Part shown: positions 56,739-64,000 of the stretch, piece by piece | Position numbering within the stretch: position 1 is the first letter of the stretch | Layout: every line of letters starts with the position of its first letter | Assembly: GCA_913020245.1 (NCBI GenBank) | Contig: CAJWAD010000002.1 | Location: forward strand, 2,788-66,787 | Direction: 5' to 3' | DNA length: 64,000 nt | DNA from: an uncultured Oleiphilus sp. | Lineage (GTDB): Bacteria; Pseudomonadota; Gammaproteobacteria; Pseudomonadales; Oleiphilaceae | The notes under the pieces: model-generated | What the model saw: only the letters and a program-made list of their open reading frames with translations | Told to the model about the DNA's origin: nothing | The model's database searches: none | Position numbers and translations under genes: made by a program

Positions 56739-57461
56739 TTAGTCTTCCCAGGCCGTCATTCGAGACTTCAATCGCATTGCAGCTTGTGAGTGAATTTGAC
56801 TCACTCTCGATTCACTTACCGACAATACCAATCCTATTTCCTTTAAATTCATCTCTTTTTCGTAGTAGAGGGACAACACCAGTTTCTCTCTTTCAGGCAG
56901 CTGATCAATTTCATTCACCAACGCCTGCTTAAAGGCTAGCTCTTGCGTTTCAGCGCCTGGATTATCGCCATCAGATCCGGCTATTTCTATGTTAACGGCC
57001 GATTCGCTATCATTTTGATCATTTAATGCATCTAAACTAAATAACTTCCCGCTATTGCTATCCCTCAGACAAGCAAAATACTCCTCTGAGGTCATATTCA
57101 ACTGGTCGGCCACCTCTTCGTCTCTGGCGTCGCGACCCTCGCGATCTTCGATTAATTTTATTGCTTCCGCAATACGTCTCGCATTGCGATGCACAGAGCG
57201 AGGCACCCAATCACCCTTACGCATCTCATCCATCATGGCACCACGAATACGAATACCCGCATACGTTTCAAAGCTTGCACCACGATTAGATTCAAATTTA
57301 CGAGCAGCCTCAAGCAGACCAATCATGCCAGATTGGATTAGATCATCAACAATCACACTCGCCGGAAGTTTTGCTATTAAATGATGCGCAATGCGCTTAA
57401 CGAGAGGCGCATGTTGCTGAATTAAGGCATCAACATACTGATTTTGGTCTTCCCTATACAT
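56739..57461 (-). CDS. fliA: flagellar sigma factor FliA (sigma-28)
   Basis: 240 aa, with regions 2-4 recognisable (DLIQSGMIGLLEAARKF, ...LKEIGLVLSVSESRVSQIH). Confidence 0.95.
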   Translation of the reverse strand: MYREDQNQYVDALIQQHAPLVKRIAHHLIAKLPASVIVDDLIQSGMIGLLEAARKFESNRGASFETYAGIRIRGAMMDEMRKGDWVPRSVHRNARRIAEAIKLIEDREGRDARDEEVADQLNMTSEEYFACLRDSNSGKLFSLDALNDQNDSESAVNIEIAGSDGDNPGAETQELAFKQALVNEIDQLPEREKLVLSLYYEKEMNLKEIGLVLSVSESRVSQIHSQAAMRLKSRMTAWED

Positions 57462-57530
57462 GGAACCTGCTTAAACGCATTGAGGCACTATTTTTTGTCA
57501 CGGTCATTACCTCAGGCCGACATCTTCAAG

Positions 57531-58337
57531 TTAGGCTTGCACTAAACGTTCAACAAAAAATTCTAAATGCCCTCTTGGTGTACTCGGCAATGGCCAGGTA
57601 TCCGCTTTATCTCCCAGCGCCTTTAATGCGAGTGATGCTTTTGCACGCGGGTAGGCCTCGAGTACTGGGCGTTGACGCTGCACAGCTTTTTTTACTGCTT
57701 CGTCGTAGGGCACATGTCCGACATATTGCAACGCAACATCAAGGAAGCGCTCGGTAACGGTGGTTAATTTTGAAAACAAATGTTTGCCTTCTTCCGAGCT
57801 TTTAACCATGTTCGCTAAAACACGAAACCGATACATGTCATAGTCACGGTTCAATAGCTTTATCAATGCGTATGAGTCGGTAATTGAAGTGGGCTCATCA
57901 CAGACCACCACCATCACTTCTTGTGCGGCTCTTAAAAATGACACCACGCCATCAGAAATACCGGCAGCCGTATCTACAATTAGCACATCAAGATCATCGG
58001 CAATTTCAGCAAAGGCGTTGATCAAGCCGGCATGCTCTAAATGGTTTAGCGAGACCATTTTCTGTGTGCCGGATGAAGCCGGCACCACCTTTATTCCATG
58101 AGGTCCATCAACAAGGATATCTTTGAGCGATGCTTCACCGCTAATCACATCTGCAATGTTGCCTTTCGATGTAATGCCTAACAAAACATCGATATTAGCT
58201 AAGCCTAAGTCGGCATCCAGCAATACAACCCGCCTACCTTTATCAGCCAAAGCAAGCGCAAGATTAATAGAGACATTACTTTTTCCGACACCGCCTTTCC
58301 CGCCCGTAACTGCTATGACTTGAACTGGACTCGACAT
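57531..58337 (-). CDS. fleN: flagellar number regulator FleN/FlhG (MinD-like ATPase)
   Basis: VIAVTGGKGGVGKSNVSINLALALA. 268 aa, between flhF and fliA. Confidence 0.9.
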   Translation of the reverse strand: MSSPVQVIAVTGGKGGVGKSNVSINLALALADKGRRVVLLDADLGLANIDVLLGITSKGNIADVISGEASLKDILVDGPHGIKVVPASSGTQKMVSLNHLEHAGLINAFAEIADDLDVLIVDTAAGISDGVVSFLRAAQEVMVVVCDEPTSITDSYALIKLLNRDYDMYRFRVLANMVKSSEEGKHLFSKLTTVTERFLDVALQYVGHVPYDEAVKKAVQRQRPVLEAYPRAKASLALKALGDKADTWPLPSTPRGHLEFFVERLVQA

Positions 58338-58476
58338 ATGGGGATGTTTCCTCTTTTTACTTCTATTCTAGTTGTTGTAATAGGTCTTCACATTAAAACG
58401 TCACCCCTGACGCTTGCCACTGGATTTAGCCCATGATGCAGCAACCCATCATTCTAGCAAAGCCTTCGCAAATAAA

Positions 58477-59841
58477 CTAAGCAGAATACGTGTATTTAGA
58501 ACCTGAAAAATCAGGCGATTCATTACCGCTATCACTCGACATACTTACCCAGCGCTCGGGCTTATCAAGCAGATTTTCAGCACGATCGATAAGTTCGACA
58601 CTGTCTAAAAGGCCTATATCCTCTGGCACGCGCTGACCATCAGTCAAATAGGCCGCACACAATTTTGACTCAATCAAAAAGCTAATGGTTTCGCCCAAAC
58701 TGACCGCTTCATCAATTTTCGAGACAATTACGCCCTGCAACCCAACCATATCGTAATGTTTAAAATTCGAGTACATCACCTGAAATTGGTCGACAGCCGG
58801 TGCAACAAGATAAGACTGGACGCGATGCGCAGACATTTTTAATTCTTTTAACTGTTCCGCCCAAGCCGCATCACTTGGAATAAGACCCGCTGTATCAACT
58901 AGCACTAATCTTTTCGATGACAAACTATCTAAAACGCTGTCAAGACTGCGCGTCTCATCCACGATATGAACCGGAACATTCAAAATACGCCCGTAAACTT
59001 TTAACTGCTCTTGTGCCGCGATTCTAAAGCGATCAGTTGTAACCAAGGCAATACCCTCTGCCCCATACTTCATTACATATCGCGCCGCTAATTTGCCAAT
59101 AGTGGTGGTTTTACCACTTCCCGTAGGACCCACTAAAGCCACAACTCCGCCTAAATCAATTACTTCGCTGCGCTCAACTTGAATACGTCCAGCCAATCCC
59201 TCCCGGATTTTCTGCCAAGCCAAATCAAAGTCAGACGCCTTGACCACAGCCGAAACCAATTTCTCGCGTAAGCTACGTTTAAAAGACAGCGCCTCCAATC
59301 GTTCACTAATACTTTTCTGAACGGTGGTCATTCCGCTAGTGCTTGCCTCGGCGGGCACTGCGGCCTGCAGGGTCTGTTGTGCAATCAAACCTTTCAACAA
59401 TTTTAACTCTGCGTGCACTTCGTTTAGCGCTTTTGCATCGACCGTCGGCGGCGCTTGATTGACGACCGAGTCTTGTACGTATATTTCTTCATCTAATGGG
59501 CTCACTTCAGCCGGCTGGCCGCTCAATTGCTGAGAGGATTTACCCAAATGTTGCGCCGATTGAATACGCTGTTTCGCTTTATCTAATTCATCTTGAAGAT
59601 GTAAGCTTTTCTCTGCTTGCATTCTCGCAACAGCTGAAGCGCTCGGCCTCTCTGAAGATTCTCGCAGAGCAGATGAGAAAACCTCCGTCTCCCTCGGCTC
59701 TTCATATTCAGTGGTCGCAACGACCTCAATACCACCAGGCACTTTGTTGTTTGACAAAATGACGGCGTCAGGACCCAATTCTTCTCTAACCATACGCAAT
59801 ACTTCCTGCATAGAATGTGAGAAAAAACGTTGTACTTTCAT
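58477..59841 (-). CDS. flhF: flagellar biosynthesis GTPase FlhF (SRP-type)
   Basis: MKVQRFF N-terminus, GPTGSGKTTTIGKLA, DTAG, SKIDE. Confidence 0.9.
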   Translation of the reverse strand: MKVQRFFSHSMQEVLRMVREELGPDAVILSNNKVPGGIEVVATTEYEEPRETEVFSSALRESSERPSASAVARMQAEKSLHLQDELDKAKQRIQSAQHLGKSSQQLSGQPAEVSPLDEEIYVQDSVVNQAPPTVDAKALNEVHAELKLLKGLIAQQTLQAAVPAEASTSGMTTVQKSISERLEALSFKRSLREKLVSAVVKASDFDLAWQKIREGLAGRIQVERSEVIDLGGVVALVGPTGSGKTTTIGKLAARYVMKYGAEGIALVTTDRFRIAAQEQLKVYGRILNVPVHIVDETRSLDSVLDSLSSKRLVLVDTAGLIPSDAAWAEQLKELKMSAHRVQSYLVAPAVDQFQVMYSNFKHYDMVGLQGVIVSKIDEAVSLGETISFLIESKLCAAYLTDGQRVPEDIGLLDSVELIDRAENLLDKPERWVSMSSDSGNESPDFSGSKYTYSA

Positions 59842-59864
59842 ATTATCCTTCCTGATCCGTCAAT

Positions 59865-62045
59865 TTATTGACCTACCGTTGCGACGATATTTATCTGTTT
59901 ATTATCTGGAACTTCCTGATAAGAAATCACTTTTAAGCTATCACTTATAAACCGAACAAAACGCGCTAACGAGGCCCGTAAAGGCGCCGAAACCAACAGA
60001 ATTGCTGGCTTACCCATCATTTCTTGCCGCTGCACCGCATCCCCTAGAGAACTTTGCAAACTTTCAATAATACGTGGCTCAAGCACTAAGCCAATGTCAT
60101 CAGGCGCGCCGGTTTTTTGTGACTGCTGCAGTGACTTAAGCAATAGCTGTTCCAGTTCAGGGTCTAGGGTAATGACTGGAATCTCCGTTTCGGCTCCAAC
60201 AAGGTTTTGAATGATCATTCGCTTTAAACCCTGACGACATGCCTCGGTTAGCTGGATAGCTTCGGCGCCTTTCGGCGCTACATTGATTAACGCTTCAGCA
60301 ATAGAACGCATATCTCGCACGGGCACATCTTCCTGAAGCAGCTCCTTTAACACTTTGAGTAAGGTACTGACAGAAAGCGTGGTTGGCACAAGCTCCTCTG
60401 CAAGTTTAGGTGCAAGCTTGGCTAATTGATCAATCCATTGTTGAACTTCTTCATGCCCTAACAATTCATAGGCATGCTTCTGCAGCACCTGGTTCAGGTG
60501 TGTCGCCACCACTGTACTCGCATCAACGACGGTGTAACCTAATGATTGGGCATGGTCTTTTTGCGACTCCTCAATCCAAATGGCGTCCATTCCAAACGCG
60601 GGGTCTTTGCCCTCTATCCCCTCCACTTTGCCAAATACTTGACCCGGATTAATCGCTAAGTCTCGGTCTGGATGAATCTCAGCTTCGGCAATACCCACAC
60701 CCATCAGGGCGATGCGATAAACGTTCGGCATCAGATCCAAGTTGTCACGAATATGTACGGACGGCATTAAAAATCCGAGTTCTTGCGAAAGCTTCTTACG
60801 AACACCTTTTATACGACCTAACAGCTGACCACCTTGGCTTTTATCAACGAGCGGAATCAAGCGATAACCCACTTCTAAACCAATAATATCGACCGACGTG
60901 ACATCCTCCCAACCCAGCTCTTTGTTAGAGCTTTCAGCTGGGTCTTGACCAGGAGGCAGGGCCTCTAAGGCGCCGTTTTCTCGTCCAATAGACTGACCTG
61001 CCGCATTGCGCTGAGCACCCATTCCTGGCGGTACCGGACCATCATAAACTTCGACTGATTTTTCTTGGCGTTTCTTATTGCTGTACCAAGCAAGCCCTGT
61101 AATCAATGCACCTAAACCTAAGAATGCAAAATGTGGCATCCCAGGCACTAAACCCATCACTATCAAAATACCGGCAGCGATATAAAGCGCCTTTGGAGAC
61201 AGAAACATCTGATCTATTACTTGCGCCGACATGTCTTTTGACGTGCTCACACGCGTGACCATAATCGCGGCCGCCGTCGAGAGAAGCAGCGACGGAATCT
61301 GCGCAACAAGACCATCACCGATCGTTAGTAATGAATACTTTTGCATCGCATCATTAAAAGCGAGCTCATGTTGCATCATACCTATGGCTAATCCACCAAT
61401 AAGATTGATCGCTAAGATCAGCAAACCCGCAACTGCGTCACCGCGTACGAATTTACTCGCACCATCCATTGAGCCATAGAAATCGGCTTCCGTTGCGACC
61501 TCTTCACGGCGAGACTTAGCTTCCTCCTGGTTGATCAGGCCTGCATTCAAGTCGGCATCAATAGCCATTTGTTTTCCAGGCATCGCATCTAAAGTGAAGC
61601 GTGCACTGACCTCGGACACGCGCCCGGCGCCTTTAGTGACCACGACGAAATTGATAATCATCAAGATCGCAAACACCACTAACCCAACAGCATAATTGCC
61701 GCCAATGACTACCTCGCCAAATGCCTCAATGACCTTACCCGCGGCATCGCCACCTTGATGACCCTCTAACAGAACAACCCGAGTGGAAGCAACATTCAAC
61801 GCTAAACGCAGTAATGTCGCGACCAAAAGTACGGTAGGAAAAATAGCAAATTCCATGGGTCGCAATGCATAGAGGCAAACAAGCAAAACAATGAGCGAGA
61901 GCGCAATATTGAAGGTAAATAAAAGATCCAATAGAAAAGGAGGGACGGGCAAAATCATCATTCCCAAAATTGCGACGAGCACAATGGGGATTGCCAGGTG
62001 ATTTTGAATTAACTTGAGCTGGTTAAAATTAAGCGCTGATTGCAT
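59865..62045 (-). CDS. flhA: flagellar export apparatus protein FlhA
   Basis: 726 aa, with conserved FlhA TM and cytoplasmic domains (FPTVLLVATLLRLALNVASTR...). Confidence 0.97.
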   Translation of the reverse strand: MQSALNFNQLKLIQNHLAIPIVLVAILGMMILPVPPFLLDLLFTFNIALSLIVLLVCLYALRPMEFAIFPTVLLVATLLRLALNVASTRVVLLEGHQGGDAAGKVIEAFGEVVIGGNYAVGLVVFAILMIINFVVVTKGAGRVSEVSARFTLDAMPGKQMAIDADLNAGLINQEEAKSRREEVATEADFYGSMDGASKFVRGDAVAGLLILAINLIGGLAIGMMQHELAFNDAMQKYSLLTIGDGLVAQIPSLLLSTAAAIMVTRVSTSKDMSAQVIDQMFLSPKALYIAAGILIVMGLVPGMPHFAFLGLGALITGLAWYSNKKRQEKSVEVYDGPVPPGMGAQRNAAGQSIGRENGALEALPPGQDPAESSNKELGWEDVTSVDIIGLEVGYRLIPLVDKSQGGQLLGRIKGVRKKLSQELGFLMPSVHIRDNLDLMPNVYRIALMGVGIAEAEIHPDRDLAINPGQVFGKVEGIEGKDPAFGMDAIWIEESQKDHAQSLGYTVVDASTVVATHLNQVLQKHAYELLGHEEVQQWIDQLAKLAPKLAEELVPTTLSVSTLLKVLKELLQEDVPVRDMRSIAEALINVAPKGAEAIQLTEACRQGLKRMIIQNLVGAETEIPVITLDPELEQLLLKSLQQSQKTGAPDDIGLVLEPRIIESLQSSLGDAVQRQEMMGKPAILLVSAPLRASLARFVRFISDSLKVISYQEVPDNKQINIVATVGQ

Positions 62046-62252
62046 GCCAAGGGCTTCTTGCTGATGTTTATCATAGATGCTGCGTCAGAGAATCGACATC
62101 ATCTTTATTTGATAGGCTTGTCTGCAAAAACCGAACCGATAGGTTTATTTCTATATATTTCATATAGATAAAAAAATATCTGCCTAAAAATTAATCAATC
62201 GTTATCGTCAGAAAACAACGGAAAATGATCACATCATGCTGAACTCGTTAAT

Positions 62253-63389
62253 TTAATCGTCACGCTTCAAATCGTCAGGAATAGGAAACTCAGGCATGCT
62301 AGGTTTAGTTGCTGCTCGACGCTTAAACTGCTTAATTTGGAAAACGTATGCGAGCACTTGCGCAACCGCCATATACAAACCCGAAGGCACTTCGTCACCG
62401 ATTTCAGTGTGGTAGTAAACAGAGCGCGCGAGCGGGGGTGCGGAGACCACTTCAATATCATTTTTGCGTGCGATCTCTCGAATTTTCATCGCTACTTCAT
62501 CGGCACCCTTCGCAAGTAAAATAGGGGCTGCATCTTTTTCGGGTTTATAACGCAACGCAACCGAGAAGTGCGTAGGGTTAGTAATAACAACATCGGCCTC
62601 GGGAACATCTTGCATCATACGGCGCTGCGAAATTTCTCTTTGCAACTGACGAATGCGCCCCTTTACTTCAGGCTTACCTTCTGTATCTTTAAATTCATCT
62701 TTCAATTCCTGCTTGGTCATTCGCAGATTTTTTGTATGGTCATAAATCTGGAATGGTACGTCGAGCATAGCAATAATAATCATGGTGCAAGACAGTAGAA
62801 AGAAGGTCCATCCAATGATATCTGCGGAATTAATCATAGCAGGAATGGTTGCTTGGTCGCCTATTTTCAGCAACGCATCAGTCTGTACGCGCAACAATAT
62901 AATGGCAAAAAATAAAACTAAGGAAACTTTAGCGACCGCCTTCACCAGCTCGACAAGCGATTTCATAGAAAACATTCGCTTCAACCCCTTTAAAGGGCTC
63001 ATGCGGCTGAACTTTGGCGCAATTGCTTTTCCTGAAATTAACCAACCACCGAGCGCAATGGATCCCGCAATGCCAGCGATAAACAAGGTAACCAATAGCG
63101 GTAAAATCGCTAACCCCCCGTCTACTGCAACCCGATAGAGATGAAGACCCATTTGATTGGTATCAAAAATCGCTTCTCTAGGAATCACGAAGCTTGATTT
63201 CATAATATCAGTCATCGTTTTGCCAATTTGTGTTCCGAACACCAACAAACCGCCCGTACCAATAATTAGCAACGCGGCTGTATTAAGCTCTTTAGATCGC
63301 GCAACCTGACCCTCCTCTTTCGCTTTTTCAATGCGCCTGGGGGTGGGGTCTTCGGTTTTTTCTTGACCTTCTTCGTTTTCTTCAGCCAT
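62253..63389 (-). CDS. flhB: flagellar export apparatus protein FlhB
   Basis: EKTEDPTPRRIEKAKEEGQV N-terminus and the NPTH autocleavage site (VVITNPTHF). Confidence 0.95.
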   Translation of the reverse strand: MAEENEEGQEKTEDPTPRRIEKAKEEGQVARSKELNTAALLIIGTGGLLVFGTQIGKTMTDIMKSSFVIPREAIFDTNQMGLHLYRVAVDGGLAILPLLVTLFIAGIAGSIALGGWLISGKAIAPKFSRMSPLKGLKRMFSMKSLVELVKAVAKVSLVLFFAIILLRVQTDALLKIGDQATIPAMINSADIIGWTFFLLSCTMIIIAMLDVPFQIYDHTKNLRMTKQELKDEFKDTEGKPEVKGRIRQLQREISQRRMMQDVPEADVVITNPTHFSVALRYKPEKDAAPILLAKGADEVAMKIREIARKNDIEVVSAPPLARSVYYHTEIGDEVPSGLYMAVAQVLAYVFQIKQFKRRAATKPSMPEFPIPDDLKRDD

Positions 63390-63429
63390 GGGTTACCGTC
63401 ATTATTTTTTTATCTTCATAGTCAACACG

Positions 63430-64000
63430 TTAAGCGCCCTGCAACTCACGTAAGAAGACGAATGTCTGTTGAGCGATACGGTCAAACTGCGGCAACAAAC
63501 CACTCACACTTACCCAGACAATAAATAACCCAAACATCATACCAATCGGGAAACCAAGGGAAAAAACATTCATTTGCGGCGCGGCGCGCGTCATGATGCC
63601 AAAGGACAGATTGATAATTAAGACAGCGGTTATACCCGGTAATGCGAGTACCAAAGCCGCAGCAAACATCCAATCAATACGCAGTAAAACAGACCATAAA
63701 GACTCATGCGATATCCCTCCAGGACCAAGAATTACGTCGGATATTGGCCAAGATCGAAAACTTTCAACAATTACCTCGATCATAACGAGATGTCCATTCA
63801 TCGCCAGAAAAATTAAAGTAATGGCGACTAAAAAGATTTGCGCGAGTATCGGGACCGACACCCCGTTTGCAGGGTCAACCATCGACGCAAAACCAAGGCC
63901 CATTTGCATCGATACCATTTGGCCCATTGTCACAAACAGTTGTGTGAGTAACACAAACATAAAGCCCAGCAAGGTGCCGATAAAAACTTGTTGCAAGGTA
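63430..64000 (-). CDS. fliR: flagellar export apparatus protein FliR, C-terminal part (N-terminus beyond window end)
   Basis: Polytopic membrane ORF, open to base 64000 in frame. Immediately upstream of flhB. Confidence 0.85.
   Translation of the reverse strand, partial: TLQQVFIGTLLGFMFVLLTQLFVTMGQMVSMQMGLGFASMVDPANGVSVPILAQIFLVAITLIFLAMNGHLVMIEVIVESFRSWPISDVILGPGGISHESLWSVLLRIDWMFAAALVLALPGITAVLIINLSFGIMTRAAPQMNVFSLGFPIGMMFGLFIVWVSVSGLLPQFDRIAQQTFVFLRELQGA

Noticed and set aside
1-64000. Search for CRISPR arrays, IS elements/transposases, integrases, tRNA/rRNA genes, toxin-antitoxin pairs, retron/DGR-type reverse transcriptases, or defence-system ATPase/nuclease pairs.
   Set aside because: No regularly spaced direct repeats, no terminal inverted repeats flanking a transposase-like ORF, no cloverleaf-like sequences in the intergenic gaps and no such protein families were recognised among the translated ORFs. 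All long ORFs are accounted for by metabolic, transport, regulatory or motility functions.

Overview
The window looks like gammaproteobacterial chromosome; the flagellar/chemotaxis gene order is the Pseudomonas/Vibrio polar-flagellum type. It falls into four blocks.

(i) 1-27.5 kb is one uninterrupted minus-strand array. A cobalamin riboswitch (about 27225-27456) sits at its head. It is followed by a CbiN-less cobalt ECF-type transporter (cbiK-cbiM-cbiL-like-cbiQ-cbiO) and an MFS permease with a very His-rich tail. Then come chlID-type cobaltochelatase ATPase, cobO, cobB, cbiD, cobK, cobH, cobL, cobI, cbiG, cobJ, cobM, cobW, cobN, cbiB, cobD, cbiX, bluB, cobQ, cobU and a second, truncated-by-window cobO paralog.

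(ii) 27.5-39 kb is a mixed, more accessory-looking stretch:
- an orphan tonB and a small beta-barrel outer-membrane protein;
- an HxlR regulator next to an 0.8-kb ORF-poor AT-rich spacer;
- a 2-TM protein and an orphan sensor kinase;
- DUF2237 plus modABC;
- a PEP-CTERM protein and a MarC-family protein.

(iii) 39.3-46.2 kb holds a SahR-type regulator with two perfect palindromic operators, then metK-ahcY-metF, rsmE and rimO.

(iv) 46.6-64 kb is a canonical cluster: fliR(partial)-flhB-flhA-flhF-fleN-fliA-cheY-cheZ-cheA-cheB-motC-motD-parC-parP-cheW-DUF2802.

I saw no rRNA/tRNA, CRISPR array, IS/transposase, integrase, prophage or defence-island-like genes.

I did not find a convincing wholly new multi-gene system. 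The best leads are:
- the His-tailed MFS permease embedded in the riboswitch-controlled cobalt/B12 operon;
- the mixed early/late cobalt-insertion gene content of that operon;
- the HxlR locus, which has twin operators and a promoter pointing into a region with only a 30-codon ORF;
- the long structured modA leader.

All functional calls come from reading the translated ORFs and recalling family motifs. No database search was possible.
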